Assembly: GCA_963806185.1 (NCBI GenBank)
Contig: CAWDXE010000004.1
Location: forward strand, 416,001 to 480,000
From: an uncultured candidate division Zixibacteria bacterium
GTDB lineage: Bacteria > Zixibacteria > MSB-5A5 > GN15 > FEB-12
Reading direction: 5' to 3'
DNA length: 64,000 nt
The notes under the pieces were generated by a model. It saw only the letters and a program-made list of their open reading frames with translations. It had not been told where the DNA came from and did not search any database. Each line of letters opens with the position of its first letter. Position 1 is the first letter of the stretch. Positions 38,836 to 49,430 of the stretch are shown in pieces. A program made the translations under genes and the position numbers.

Positions 38836-40224
38836 GTGATTCAACTGGGGTTTCATGGGGCCGCCGGCACGGTAACGGGCTCCAAATATCTTATCGAGAC
38901 CAACGGGCGCAGAGTTCTCATTGATTGCGGAATGTTCCAGGGATCGCGGGAGCTGCGCCAACTCAACTGGACCGATCCGCCGGTCAATCCGAAATTACTC
39001 AATGCCATTGTCCTGACTCACGCGCACATCGATCACATCGGCTATCTGCCGCGACTGGTGGCCCGCGGATATCAGGGACCGGTGTACGCAACTGCCCCCA
39101 CGATTGATATCGCGGCCATTTCTCTGCTTGATACGGCCAATCTCCAGATGGAAGATGCTGAATATCGCAACAAGAAGAAATTGACCCGCCACGAAGTCGC
39201 CCTTCCGCTGTTCACCGACGACGACGCCGAGAGAGCCCTGAAGCTGTTCGAACCAGTGCCGTTTAACGAGTGGATCAGCATCGACGAGGCGATACGCTTT
39301 CGCTATCATATCGCCGGCCACATTCTTGGGGCAGCGGGGGTCGAAGTCGAACTGAATGACGAGGGTCGCACGCGAACGGTCTTTTTTTCCGGAGATGTCG
39401 GCAGGTATGGCAATCCGCTGACGGTCGATCCGTCGGAACCCCCAGCCTGCGATTATCTGGTATGTGAATCGACCTATGGGGGGAAGATTCATCCTCCGGA
39501 AGACCCGCACACCATCTTCGCCGACCTGATCAATCAGGTGATCCGGGAAAAGGGCGTGCTGCTGATACCGGCGTTTGCCATTGGGCGTACGCAGCAGGTG
39601 CTCTTTCTGATCCACGACCTGATCGAGCACAAGCGAATTCCACCCATCGACGTGCATGTTGATTCGCCGATGGCCGTTTCCGCTACTGATATCTACTGTA
39701 AGTACCACAACCTGCATTCCGTGGATCTGAATCGGCTGGGCGGGCCCAACTGCGTGTTGAACGGAAGTAACGTCCAGTTTCACAAGACAAAGAAGTCGTC
39801 CCAGGAACTCAATGATCTTAAGGGGCCGGCCGTCATCATCTCCGCCAGCGGGATGTTGACAGGGGGAAGAATTCTTCACCACTTGCTCAATCGCCTTGAC
39901 GATGAGAAGACCACCGTGGCCCTGGTCGGTTTCCAGGCCCAGGGCACGCTCGGTCGCAAACTTCTGGATGGTGAGAAAGCGGTATATATTCACAAGACAT
40001 TTAAGCCGGTCAATGCGCGGATTGTCTCATTGTCCGGCATGTCGGCCCACGCCGATTATCAGGAATTGCTGCATTGGCTGGAGCCCATTCAAACGCCGCC
40101 TCGCACAGTGTTCGTAACTCACGGCGAGCCGGATCAGTCGGAAGCTATGGTCGGACACCTGAGCCACGAGCGACAGTGGACCTGCTATCGGCCGCAATTG
40201 GGCGAAACGATCGAACTCAAATAG
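38836..40224 (+). CDS. MBL-fold beta-CASP metallo-hydrolase (putative ribonuclease)
   Basis: THAHIDH, AGHILG, ESTYG, SAHAD, HGE. Confidence 0.92.
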   Translation: MIQLGFHGAAGTVTGSKYLIETNGRRVLIDCGMFQGSRELRQLNWTDPPVNPKLLNAIVLTHAHIDHIGYLPRLVARGYQGPVYATAPTIDIAAISLLDTANLQMEDAEYRNKKKLTRHEVALPLFTDDDAERALKLFEPVPFNEWISIDEAIRFRYHIAGHILGAAGVEVELNDEGRTRTVFFSGDVGRYGNPLTVDPSEPPACDYLVCESTYGGKIHPPEDPHTIFADLINQVIREKGVLLIPAFAIGRTQQVLFLIHDLIEHKRIPPIDVHVDSPMAVSATDIYCKYHNLHSVDLNRLGGPNCVLNGSNVQFHKTKKSSQELNDLKGPAVIISASGMLTGGRILHHLLNRLDDEKTTVALVGFQAQGTLGRKLLDGEKAVYIHKTFKPVNARIVSLSGMSAHADYQELLHWLEPIQTPPRTVFVTHGEPDQSEAMVGHLSHERQWTCYRPQLGETIELK

Positions 40225-40233
40225 GAACCAGAC

Positions 40234-41112
40234 ATGGTCAAACCGGCCAAGCGCCTCAATAAGAAGAAAATGATCCAGCGACTCAAGGAGTCGCCCGCAT
40301 ATCGAATCGCATACAAGGACCTCGATTTCATGGCGCTCGAGGATCTGCGTCCGGCGCGCGTTCACCTTGAGTTGATGAAACCGGAATTGCATTTGCGGGC
40401 GCAAAACATCGGCTCCACCATCGTGGTCTTTGGCGGCACTCGTATTCGGGAACCTCGCGAAGCCCAGGCCACGGTGCGCTCCCTCAAGACAAAACTGCGC
40501 CGGAACCCTCACGACGAAGAAGTTCGACGCGAACTCGCTACCGCTCAGAGTGTGCTCGAGAAGTCGCGTTACTACGATGAGGCCCGTCGGTTCGGTCAGA
40601 TTGTGTCGTCGGAGACACAGAAACAGGGCAGGCCGGAATATGTAATCGTGACGGGCGGCGGTCCCGGTATCATGGAGGCCGCCAATCGCGGCGCCTGGGA
40701 TGTCAATGCAAAATCAATCGGCCTGAACATCACCCTGCCGCACGAACAGGAGCCGAACCCGTACATCTCTCCGGAGCTCTGCCTGCAATTCCATTACTTT
40801 GCTCTGCGCAAATTCCACTTCATGCTTCGAGCCAAGGCGCTCGTCGCTTTCCCCGGCGGGTATGGTACCCTCGATGAACTATTCGAGGCGTTAACCCTGG
40901 TGCAGACGGGCAAAGTCCCACCTCTGCCGATCGTCCTGTTCGGCGAATCATACTGGCGCAAAGCCGTCAACTTCGACTTTCTGGTGAAAGAAGGGACGAT
41001 CAACCCCGAGGACATCAAGCTTTTTGTCTTTGCCGATCGGGCAGAAGACGCCTGGAATTACATTAAATACTTCTACAAAGCCGGCACCAACGGCACGAAC
41101 CAATCGAAATAG
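40234..41112 (+). CDS. LOG family (TIGR00730) nucleotide phosphoribohydrolase
   Basis: TGGGPGIMEAANRGA, PGGYGTLDE. Confidence 0.9.
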   Translation: MVKPAKRLNKKKMIQRLKESPAYRIAYKDLDFMALEDLRPARVHLELMKPELHLRAQNIGSTIVVFGGTRIREPREAQATVRSLKTKLRRNPHDEEVRRELATAQSVLEKSRYYDEARRFGQIVSSETQKQGRPEYVIVTGGGPGIMEAANRGAWDVNAKSIGLNITLPHEQEPNPYISPELCLQFHYFALRKFHFMLRAKALVAFPGGYGTLDELFEALTLVQTGKVPPLPIVLFGESYWRKAVNFDFLVKEGTINPEDIKLFVFADRAEDAWNYIKYFYKAGTNGTNQSK

Positions 41113-41116
41113 CCGG

Positions 41117-41893
41117 TTACTTCAGCATGAAGCCGCGCTTCTGCAGGAATTCCTTCATGTGTGCTCGAATTGTCGACGGCGTGTCGTCCGCCATGCGGCG
41201 AGCGGTATGCTCCGACCATGAATAAGTGCCGGTGAATTCGGGGTACAACTCCGGCCTCACCGGTCGTCCGGCCAAGTGACCGCCCTCGGCGATGGTCCGA
41301 TCATACTCGCCAATTGCTTCGGCAAATCTGTCGGTACAATATTTCTCCCGGCACCAGACCGCCTCGAGGGGAAGCCGTGGCTTTGTCTTGCCCGGCTTGA
41401 GGGGGTGCCCGATTGACATACCCATCACCGGATAAACGAGTTCCGGTGCCGCAGTCAATCTGCAGACCTCGTCGGGCCGGTTGCGAATTGACCCAACCAT
41501 GACTCCGCCCAAGCCGATCGCCTGCGCCGCTTGCAGCGCCCGCCCGGCGGCAAGTGCCGTGTCTACCGTGGCTATGATCATCGCCTCCGTCCAACCACCT
41601 TCAAACGGATACCCGCGCCGCTCATTGAGTCCCTTCAACCGAAACAAATCGGCGCAGAAGATGAGGAAGAGGGGACAATCGATCACATGTTGCTGGTTCC
41701 CGCACCATTCGGCTATACGTGCTTTTGATTGCTGATTCCGCACAGCGATTACCGAGTACGCCTGCATATTCGACGAGGTCGGCGACCGCTGGCCGGTGGA
41801 AACGATTAATCGCTCCTGTTCTTCAGTGACCGGCTCATCGGTAAATTGGCGTACGGAGACGTGACTCCTGAGAAATTCAAGTATGTGACTCAT
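41117..41893 (-). CDS. Nitroreductase, NfsA/Frp family
   Basis: HVSVRQF, SPTSSNMQAYS, FCADL, KPRLP. Confidence 0.9.
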   Translation of the reverse strand: MSHILEFLRSHVSVRQFTDEPVTEEQERLIVSTGQRSPTSSNMQAYSVIAVRNQQSKARIAEWCGNQQHVIDCPLFLIFCADLFRLKGLNERRGYPFEGGWTEAMIIATVDTALAAGRALQAAQAIGLGGVMVGSIRNRPDEVCRLTAAPELVYPVMGMSIGHPLKPGKTKPRLPLEAVWCREKYCTDRFAEAIGEYDRTIAEGGHLAGRPVRPELYPEFTGTYSWSEHTARRMADDTPSTIRAHMKEFLQKRGFMLK

Positions 41894-41902
41894 TGGTCCC
41901 TC

Positions 41903-41940
41903 AAAAAAAGAAGCCGATTCACTTGTTCATGAATCGGCTT
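41903..41940 (-). terminator. Intrinsic terminator after the metalloprotease gene
   Basis: AAGCCGATTCA-N8-TGAATCGGCTT followed by a T-run on the minus strand. Confidence 0.75.
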
Positions 41941-41975
41941 GAATATACGGCCGCACAGCGGCATGTCAATCCGGG

Positions 41976-44672
41976 CTACTGATCGGAGTAGCTTTTCGGA
42001 GCTCTTTTGGCAGCCTGAATCTGGCGGACCACTTCTTTGAAATGTGCCTGGCTCATGCCATCAACGCCGGCAGTAGCCGCTTTTGATGCCGCTTGCTCAA
42101 TGAGGTCGAGATCGTTTGCCGCGAGCGTACGAGCGTCAAACGGATATACGCCCGGCGCGCTGAGGTAGATGTCAATCAGCCGCTGGAGATGAATCAACTG
42201 GAGCGGACGGCGATAATCGTTGACGTTTGCAGGAGTGAAAGCTTCACCCCAGATCGCTTTCCGCAAATCCGTGAACATGTCAAACATGGTGAACTTCTCT
42301 TCGCCCGGCTTGAATTTTTCCAGATTGTTCACCAAACGACCGGTGACCTGGGGACTGTACAGGCGGGAGATCGCGAGGTACTGAAAATTAGCCACGATCT
42401 GATGCATGGGATAATCGAGCGACGGGACATTGTAATACGCACCGTCGAAATCGGGCATCCGTTCCGGCTGAAGTTTGTTCAGCAGATTGGTGGGCAGATC
42501 ATACGCATTGGCCGCGAAGAGATTGGTTTTCAGAAATTCAATCGCCCGGCGCTGATCGGCCGCCGCGACGACTTCGAACGGCATGGCTGCGTCTTTGTCG
42601 CCGATGTGACTTCGACTTTGGTAGATACCACCGACGTATTTCGAGGCCGTCAGGGCGCCTTCGTTAAATGAGCGCCAGCCGGATTGGAACACCTGGAACA
42701 GCTTGCGATACGAATTGCCCGGAACATCAAACTTCTTGATTGATTCGGACCACAACTGGCGGGTGAGATTTACTTTGTGTTCGGCGTATTTGAGAGGATC
42801 ACTGCCCAGGTCGTGAAGGTTGGCCAGCGGGTCAATAGCCTTAGTTCCCCAGCCAAACGTGTCCTCGTCGGTGAGATAGCGCAATCCGGTCTCTCCGGAG
42901 CGAGAGGCAATCTCCTGTAATTTCGGCAATTCCTCTTCGGATGTCTTGGCACCGAAATCGGAATAGGCGTATTCGACGATCCAATCGTCGCACGGCCCGG
43001 GGGTCGACGCATAAAATTCGCCCTGCGTCTTGCCGTGATCCGCGATGTTCGGTCCCGAGTAATCCATCACGGTGCCGATAGTCCCATTCTTCTTCGTGAA
43101 CTCCCGATCCGACAACTGTTCCAGCGTGTAAATCGTCGAGGCCTTGAAGTTGTGACGGAATCCAAGCGTATGACCAACTTCGTGCGCCACCAATTCCACG
43201 ATATAGGCGTGCACGTATTCCTTCGTCAGCGAATCCTTGTTGATGTAGTCTCCGGTCGCCTCAAGGTAGGCCAGCCCGAAGCCGGCATCGGCCGCTCCTT
43301 CTTCACCATAACTGCAAAAGTGCGGGTCGCGCCGCGCTCGCTCCAGCAGGTCGCCGGGATCGGTCGGATCATCCGCCTTGCCGTCGAATGCGATTGGACG
43401 AATGAAATTGCTGGAGGTGTTATACATGAAACGGATGAAGTCTGCGGAAACGCGGATGTCCGCGTCATAAATCTGCCCGGTAAACGGATTGGTGCGGTCG
43501 GGGCCGACAGCGTAGCCGCCGCCCGGTTGGATGATCCAATTGACCGTGTTGTACCGAACGTCGGCCGGATCCCAGGTGGCGGTATCGGGCATCTGCTTCG
43601 CCACGACGGCGTTCCGAAAACCGATCTTCTCGAAGGACGGATTCCAGAACTCAATGCCCTCGGCGAAGGCGTCGCGGTACTCCGGCGGAACGGTGTTGCT
43701 CACCCAGTAGACGATCGGCTCAACCGGTTCCGAAATGCGTGCATCCGGGTTTTTCTTCTTCAGATTCCAGCGTTCCACATAGTACTTGTAGGGCGTGGGC
43801 TGGTCATTCGTCGAGTAATCTTCAAACATGGTGACAAAGTGCCCCACCCGATCATCGGCCAGCCGGGGAACGTAATCTGTCTGCGGAAGGCTGGAGAGCG
43901 AATAATGCAGTCCATGGTAGAAGCTGTAGGAGTTCTGAAACGTACTGCCGTCTTGTGGTTTGTTGCTCCGGAAATGCAGGCGGACGTCGATCTCGGAATT
44001 TTGCGGGAACGATTTGATAACGTCAAAGTAGCTGTTCGAGCGATCAAAATTTATTCCCGTTTGCCCTTGTTGACCGAGGAAGAAACCGAGATTCTCGGCG
44101 TCGCTGATGAATATTGCCGAAGCGTCGATGAGTACCGCCTTGTTCGAATCGTCAGGCTTGGACATCACTTTGGTCGACGCCACGAGGCCATCCGAAATTG
44201 CGTTCGCCAGGGCCTTCCGAAGCGATGACGTGGAGTCTACTCTGAAGCGGAGGTTCTTTTCCATCATCATGATGGTTTTCCCGACGCGCTTGAAATAGAA
44301 CGGATATGTCTCACCCATGCTGGCGTTGTCGGTATATGACCCGTCGCCCGCCACACGCGTCTCGCCACAGAGGAAAATCGGCCCGAATTGATCAGGTTTG
44401 ATCGCCATCAGGACGCTGTTGTCGAGAGTGTCACGATAAAACGTAAAGAGCCCTTGAACGGCGACCTTGTCTTTGATCAGATCCTTAAACGGCTTTTCGT
44501 CGTCCTTGCCGGATGGAGGTTTTCTGTCCTGAGCTGTGGTGCTGCCCTGGATGCCTTTGGGGCCGTATTTCAATCGGCCGGCGTTGGCATTGCCGCCTAT
44601 AGTGACCAACGCGGCCAGCAGCGGAACGGCAATGCGATAAATAACGGGTTGCATAAGTACTCCTCTATTCAC
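41976..44672 (-). CDS. Secreted zinc metalloprotease (DUF5117/DUF4953, EcxA-like)
   Basis: Signal peptide; PRLADDRVGHF; HEVGHTLGFRHN; VMDY Met-turn; alternative start 44654. Confidence 0.9.
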   Translation of the reverse strand: MNRGVLMQPVIYRIAVPLLAALVTIGGNANAGRLKYGPKGIQGSTTAQDRKPPSGKDDEKPFKDLIKDKVAVQGLFTFYRDTLDNSVLMAIKPDQFGPIFLCGETRVAGDGSYTDNASMGETYPFYFKRVGKTIMMMEKNLRFRVDSTSSLRKALANAISDGLVASTKVMSKPDDSNKAVLIDASAIFISDAENLGFFLGQQGQTGINFDRSNSYFDVIKSFPQNSEIDVRLHFRSNKPQDGSTFQNSYSFYHGLHYSLSSLPQTDYVPRLADDRVGHFVTMFEDYSTNDQPTPYKYYVERWNLKKKNPDARISEPVEPIVYWVSNTVPPEYRDAFAEGIEFWNPSFEKIGFRNAVVAKQMPDTATWDPADVRYNTVNWIIQPGGGYAVGPDRTNPFTGQIYDADIRVSADFIRFMYNTSSNFIRPIAFDGKADDPTDPGDLLERARRDPHFCSYGEEGAADAGFGLAYLEATGDYINKDSLTKEYVHAYIVELVAHEVGHTLGFRHNFKASTIYTLEQLSDREFTKKNGTIGTVMDYSGPNIADHGKTQGEFYASTPGPCDDWIVEYAYSDFGAKTSEEELPKLQEIASRSGETGLRYLTDEDTFGWGTKAIDPLANLHDLGSDPLKYAEHKVNLTRQLWSESIKKFDVPGNSYRKLFQVFQSGWRSFNEGALTASKYVGGIYQSRSHIGDKDAAMPFEVVAAADQRRAIEFLKTNLFAANAYDLPTNLLNKLQPERMPDFDGAYYNVPSLDYPMHQIVANFQYLAISRLYSPQVTGRLVNNLEKFKPGEEKFTMFDMFTDLRKAIWGEAFTPANVNDYRRPLQLIHLQRLIDIYLSAPGVYPFDARTLAANDLDLIEQAASKAATAGVDGMSQAHFKEVVRQIQAAKRAPKSYSDQ

Positions 44673-44770
44673 GATTCGATGATTGGTATTTCGGAAAAAG
44701 CCATGACAGGGCGAAGCGCCCGAAGGAAAAGCGTCGGGGAGAGGCCCAAGTGCTTCGGATCATGTCGGTA

Positions 44771-44799
44771 TAGACGTTTGTCAAAACGATTTTGTTGCA
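44771..44799 (-). promoter_or_regulatory. ECF-like promoter motif
   Basis: TGCAAC-N17-CGTCTA. Confidence 0.5.
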
Positions 44800-44905
44800 G
44801 AAATGTGAATCTCTTCGGCAGTGCAGACTCAGCGGCAGCAACCCGCCCCGACTCGTTCGGTGCCCCGCACCCGCGGGGGCTAATTGTCGGCGCCATACCG
44901 GCGGC

Positions 44906-44934
44906 CAACATACCAGTCGAGGGGCTGAAAGTCA
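44906..44934 (-). promoter_or_regulatory. sigma70-like promoter
   Basis: TTGACT-N17-TATGTT. Confidence 0.5.
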
Positions 44935-44978
44935 AAAGGTTATTGCTTACCGATCTTGAATCTGGTTGGACCGGGAGA

Positions 44979-45650
44979 TTACGAGCCCTGTATGGAGCCG
45001 CGCATCGGCACAAAGCGGACTTGGTACAGCGACTCTCTTTTCAATTCGTGAGGCGTTTTATTTACGACGACGAGTTCCTGAAGCTCGGTTCCGGGTACCA
45101 GGATTGGCGCGATCATACGCCCGTTAACAGCCAACTGCTCGATGAGCGCAGGTGGCAACCGGGGAGCGGCGGCCGTCAACATGATAGCATCGAAGGGAGC
45201 TTGATCGGGCCAACCCAAGTTGCCGTCACCGTTCATGAAGACGATATTGGAATAACCATGTGCGGCAAGAACGCGCTTCGCCGCCGACTGTAGATCGCTA
45301 ACCACCTCGATGGTAAAGACTTTAGCCGCGAATTCGGCCAACACTGCCGTTTGATATCCGCACCCGGTTCCGATCTCCAGAACCCGATCCGAAGACCTTA
45401 ACTTCAAATGCTCGGTCATCGACGCGACGATGTACGGTTGTGAGATTGTCTGACCGTGCCCGATCGGCAGGGGATAGTCTTCGTAGGCGTGTGCTCGCTC
45501 CTCGGGCGGCACGAATTCATGTCTTGGGATGCGGCGCATTGCCTCCAGGACGCCTCGATCCCGGACATCGCGACCGAAAATCTGCACATCCACCATGCGG
45601 GCCCGCTTGGCAGCGTAGTCGCTTTCAGGCGGGCGGCTGTGCTCACCCAC
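44979..45650 (-). CDS. pcm: Protein-L-isoaspartate O-methyltransferase
   Basis: GQTISQPY, VLEIGTGCGYQTA, APFDAI, VRFVPM. Confidence 0.95.
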   Translation of the reverse strand: MGEHSRPPESDYAAKRARMVDVQIFGRDVRDRGVLEAMRRIPRHEFVPPEERAHAYEDYPLPIGHGQTISQPYIVASMTEHLKLRSSDRVLEIGTGCGYQTAVLAEFAAKVFTIEVVSDLQSAAKRVLAAHGYSNIVFMNGDGNLGWPDQAPFDAIMLTAAAPRLPPALIEQLAVNGRMIAPILVPGTELQELVVVNKTPHELKRESLYQVRFVPMRGSIQGS

Positions 45651-45680
45651 TGGCTCGTCTCCAATCAGCCCGTCGCCCCG

Positions 45681-48600
45681 TTACTGGCAGCATGGGTCGG
45701 GGCCGAGAAGGAATAGGTACGAAATCATCCAGGTCAGATCGGATATATCAACCGAGTGATCGCAATCTATCGCCCCCGCCAGCAGGGGCTGCGTCAGCGT
45801 TCCGCCGAGAAACATGAAAGTGATCATCGACGTGAGATCGCCAATGTCAACGGTATGTGTACCGTCCAGATCACCGCAGGTGAAATTGTACCAGGTGAAT
45901 GTCTGAGTCGGCGAATATGCCGACTCGAAGCCGGCCGAATCACTTGCCTTTACCCGCCAGTAGTACAGTCTGCCGCTGGCCAATTCCGTCGTGGCCAGAG
46001 TCGCGGAATCCGTGAAAACGTCCTGAAGGAACGTTGTGAAATCGGTGAAATTCGAATTCTTCGACACATGAACGTGGTAGTATTCGGGTGCACTCTCGAT
46101 ACTTGATGATACGGCCGCAGACCAGTCCAGGACAATGGCGGCGCCACCGAGTTCTGTGCCGTTAGTCGGCGCCAACGGTACCGGCGTGGCCGGCACTTCC
46201 GTATCGAGGACAAAGGTCGCCCGTGTCGACCAGGCGCTGGCATTTCCCGCCTTGTCGGATCGACGCGCCTGCCAGTACCAGCGACCATCGGGCAATATCT
46301 GAGGAGTGCCGAACTGCAAGGGGACGATTGAGTCAAAGACAATCGGGTCCCCTGCGAAGGTCGAATCCGGCGACAATTGTACGGTCACGAATTCGGGCGC
46401 CACCTTCGGCGTTGTTCCGTTACTCACCAACGACATCTGGAACGGCTTTATCGTGACATAACCGCCGGTGGGAGAGTCCGGCGTCACTCCCTTCGGAGCG
46501 ATATTGTCCACACCGATCTTGCGAATGACGCGCGGGAGGGCAGATGAATCGGCACCGACATACGCCCGTACCGCCCAATAATAGACGCCGTCGCTTAGGG
46601 AATCCACCAAAGGCATGGCGAATGTCGTACCCTGGATACCGCCATATGTGCGCACGAGGGTGGTCATCGCCGCGTCGGTGGCAATCTGCACGCTGAACGA
46701 ATCGCCAATACCCTGCCACTCGAATGAATAGATGCGGGAAGGAGCATACACAATCGTGTCCGGCGACAACAGCGTTGGAGTGGGCGATGAATTGGCGACA
46801 TAAATGTTAACCGTGTCGCCGACTTCGAGGCCACCGGTACTGTGAGCCTTGACTTCTACCCGACTGGTCGAACCAGACGGCACCTCGCTAGGAATCGAGA
46901 TGGTGACCGAGAAAGTTGAGTCAAGACCCGGTCCGAGGGGCATGAAATAGGTCACTGGCGATATGGTCCAGGCTGAATCGCTGGCGACATTGACGATCAC
47001 GTTATCCGTCGAATTGCCGAGATTTGCAATTGTCACCGGTATTGTCAGACTGGATGGCGAATCCACCGTATCTTCGTCAACGCTATTTACCGCGAGACCG
47101 TACAGTCGCTTCGTCAATACGCGTGAAGTGGCCGAACTTGCGAAGATGCTGTCGGTCATACTGGTAATTCGACAGGTAATCGCCTCACTCTGCCCGTACG
47201 TTGAATTCGACGGCACAGTAACGACCGCGTTGATCATTGCGGAGTCATTGGACGACAGGAGCACAACGGTATCCGCCACGATCCCCATCCAACCGACCGA
47301 ATCCGTCAGCCTGACCCTAATTGAATCCGGCGAGCCGAGATTTTTCACCCAGAAGGGAACGAGTATGATCTCCCCCGGCATCACAGTGGTGTCGGGGAGG
47401 TCGGTAACTGCCAGCGCGTGATACTGGCCCGGCGTGTGGATACCGTCCGGCGTGAAGACCAGGGAAAACCGTTGCGGGCCCTGGGGAACATTGTAACCCG
47501 TCACTTTGGCCCGCCAGAGCCCGGCGGTCGGGCTATTCAGCTCCACCGTTTCAACATTGTTCAGATGGTCGGCGGTTCGAGTCGCCGGCAGCGCCGGCGC
47601 CGCGGCGCTCATTACCCACGGCGACCATTCGACGCCGTTGGGATCGATCAAGCGCAAATCAAGATCGTTGACCAGCGTCACGCCTGAAAAGGAAGTGGCT
47701 CCCGGATCGTCCCACGCCAGAGTGACTCGAATTCTGGTTGCCCCTGAAGGCACCGTCAGATCGTAGAAAGTCGCCGAGCCGGTTGCCATCGAGCCTTTAA
47801 CATACGAGGGCTCACCGGCTGACACTTTCGTCACGGCCGCTAGGGCGTCGACCCGGCCGTAACCATACTGGAAGTCCGGTCCGATATTTCCCAGATCAGT
47901 AGCCGAGTTGATAAGCAGCGCCTTGACTGTAGAAGGGAGAAGCGTGTCATTTGGGAACAGTTGATCGTGTCGTTGCATGACCAATGCGATCACGCCGGAC
48001 ACGGCAGGCGCCGACATCGACGTCCCGCACATCACGGTATATCCTGAAACTTGCTTACAGCTGGTGACGCCGAAGTCGCTTGAACTCTGACAACCGGGGC
48101 CGACCACATCCGGCTTGAGACGACCGTCGTCTGTCGGACCCCAGGACGAGAATGATGTCATCGAACTGTTGTTGGAGTTGACCGCCCCTACCGTGATTAC
48201 GTTTTTAGCCGAAGCCAGCGGATCCGTTGTGTTATAGCTCCAGCCGAGCGAACCGCAATACGAAGAGCTGTTACCGCGTTGGTTCCCGGCCGACCAGACG
48301 GCGACAATCGGTGCACCGGCGTCGCCTCTGACGATATTGTCAATGGTCCCGCTGATCGCCCAGTAATTCCCCATGACCGATTCGCACGACGATTGGCTGG
48401 CAGGATCGCCTGGGCCGTAACCCCATGAATTCTGAGACACCCGGGCAGCATAACCGGCAATCGCGTTCTGGTAATCGTTGAAGGCCTCGGAGCCGGAACC
48501 GAACCATTGCTTAGTGAGCATTTGTGCGCCGGGCGCCATCCCCCGATAGGTACCCGAGGAGCCGGCCCCTGACCCCATGACGGTTCCGGCCACGTGGGTC

Positions 48601-49430
48601 GCGTGCGTGGAGAGCGCAGACGCATCAGTCTGAATCAGTCGCCCGCCGAAATCACCGTGCGTGGCGTCGGCACGGCCGCCATCCCACTGGGCCAGCATCA
48701 CTCCGCTGCCATCAAGGTTGTACGGTGCCGCTTGGACCGCGTCGGCGTTGATATTCTGTCGACTTGAATTGTTATCCTCAATCGGCTCCGGCAGAGCCGG
48801 CTCCACGAAGAAGACTTGTTCAAGTTGAGGTAATTCAGCCACCTGGCCGATCGGGACGACTACGTCGATTGAGTGGGTCGTCGGTTCTACGCCGATTACC
48901 CGGGCCTGATGTGAGCCTTCCATCAGCTTGACGGCGGCACTCAGCGGCTCGTCACGGTGAAAGGCGACGGTCAATTGAATGCTGTCACCTGCCCGCGCCG
49001 CCCAGGGCGCATCACTTGGATCCCGCAAAACAGGCGAGAGCTTGTAGTCCGGCTGAATAAAATCCACCCAGCGGATACCGTGGCGCCGCATGACTTCGGT
49101 AGAAAGTCCGCTGGTGGCTCGGACTGTGTAGGCATAATTGGGTACGTATTGCAGCAATTCAATGCCGTCGTCGGCAAGTTGCGATTTCTGATCGTCCGAC
49201 AACGGTCCGTCAAACTGCACAAGGAAGTGCTTGTTGTCGGTAGCAGCGGCGGCCATTGGCAAGGCGCGCATGATGCCAGTGCGAATCGTCCCACTGCTGA
49301 GATACAGAGAGTAGTCTGGTTGTGCCTGCGATGGCAATGAGCACAGCATCATTGCGACAATAGTAAGCGAGCAAATTCGTATATTACGCATACACGTGCG
49401 AGCCCTGAAGTAGTAGGTTGACATGGTCAC
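45681..49430 (-). CDS. Secreted S8 subtilase with Ig/FN3-like domains and a C-terminal dockerin-like domain
   Basis: Catalytic triad WDGG / HATHVAG / GTSMSAP; C-terminal duplicated GDLDGTHTVDIGDL...AIDCDHSVDISDL; start could be 49424 or 49391. Confidence 0.88.
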   Translation of the reverse strand: MTMSTYYFRARTCMRNIRICSLTIVAMMLCSLPSQAQPDYSLYLSSGTIRTGIMRALPMAAAATDNKHFLVQFDGPLSDDQKSQLADDGIELLQYVPNYAYTVRATSGLSTEVMRRHGIRWVDFIQPDYKLSPVLRDPSDAPWAARAGDSIQLTVAFHRDEPLSAAVKLMEGSHQARVIGVEPTTHSIDVVVPIGQVAELPQLEQVFFVEPALPEPIEDNNSSRQNINADAVQAAPYNLDGSGVMLAQWDGGRADATHGDFGGRLIQTDASALSTHATHVAGTVMGSGAGSSGTYRGMAPGAQMLTKQWFGSGSEAFNDYQNAIAGYAARVSQNSWGYGPGDPASQSSCESVMGNYWAISGTIDNIVRGDAGAPIVAVWSAGNQRGNSSSYCGSLGWSYNTTDPLASAKNVITVGAVNSNNSSMTSFSSWGPTDDGRLKPDVVGPGCQSSSDFGVTSCKQVSGYTVMCGTSMSAPAVSGVIALVMQRHDQLFPNDTLLPSTVKALLINSATDLGNIGPDFQYGYGRVDALAAVTKVSAGEPSYVKGSMATGSATFYDLTVPSGATRIRVTLAWDDPGATSFSGVTLVNDLDLRLIDPNGVEWSPWVMSAAAPALPATRTADHLNNVETVELNSPTAGLWRAKVTGYNVPQGPQRFSLVFTPDGIHTPGQYHALAVTDLPDTTVMPGEIILVPFWVKNLGSPDSIRVRLTDSVGWMGIVADTVVLLSSNDSAMINAVVTVPSNSTYGQSEAITCRITSMTDSIFASSATSRVLTKRLYGLAVNSVDEDTVDSPSSLTIPVTIANLGNSTDNVIVNVASDSAWTISPVTYFMPLGPGLDSTFSVTISIPSEVPSGSTSRVEVKAHSTGGLEVGDTVNIYVANSSPTPTLLSPDTIVYAPSRIYSFEWQGIGDSFSVQIATDAAMTTLVRTYGGIQGTTFAMPLVDSLSDGVYYWAVRAYVGADSSALPRVIRKIGVDNIAPKGVTPDSPTGGYVTIKPFQMSLVSNGTTPKVAPEFVTVQLSPDSTFAGDPIVFDSIVPLQFGTPQILPDGRWYWQARRSDKAGNASAWSTRATFVLDTEVPATPVPLAPTNGTELGGAAIVLDWSAAVSSSIESAPEYYHVHVSKNSNFTDFTTFLQDVFTDSATLATTELASGRLYYWRVKASDSAGFESAYSPTQTFTWYNFTCGDLDGTHTVDIGDLTSMITFMFLGGTLTQPLLAGAIDCDHSVDISDLTWMISYLFLLGPDPCCQ

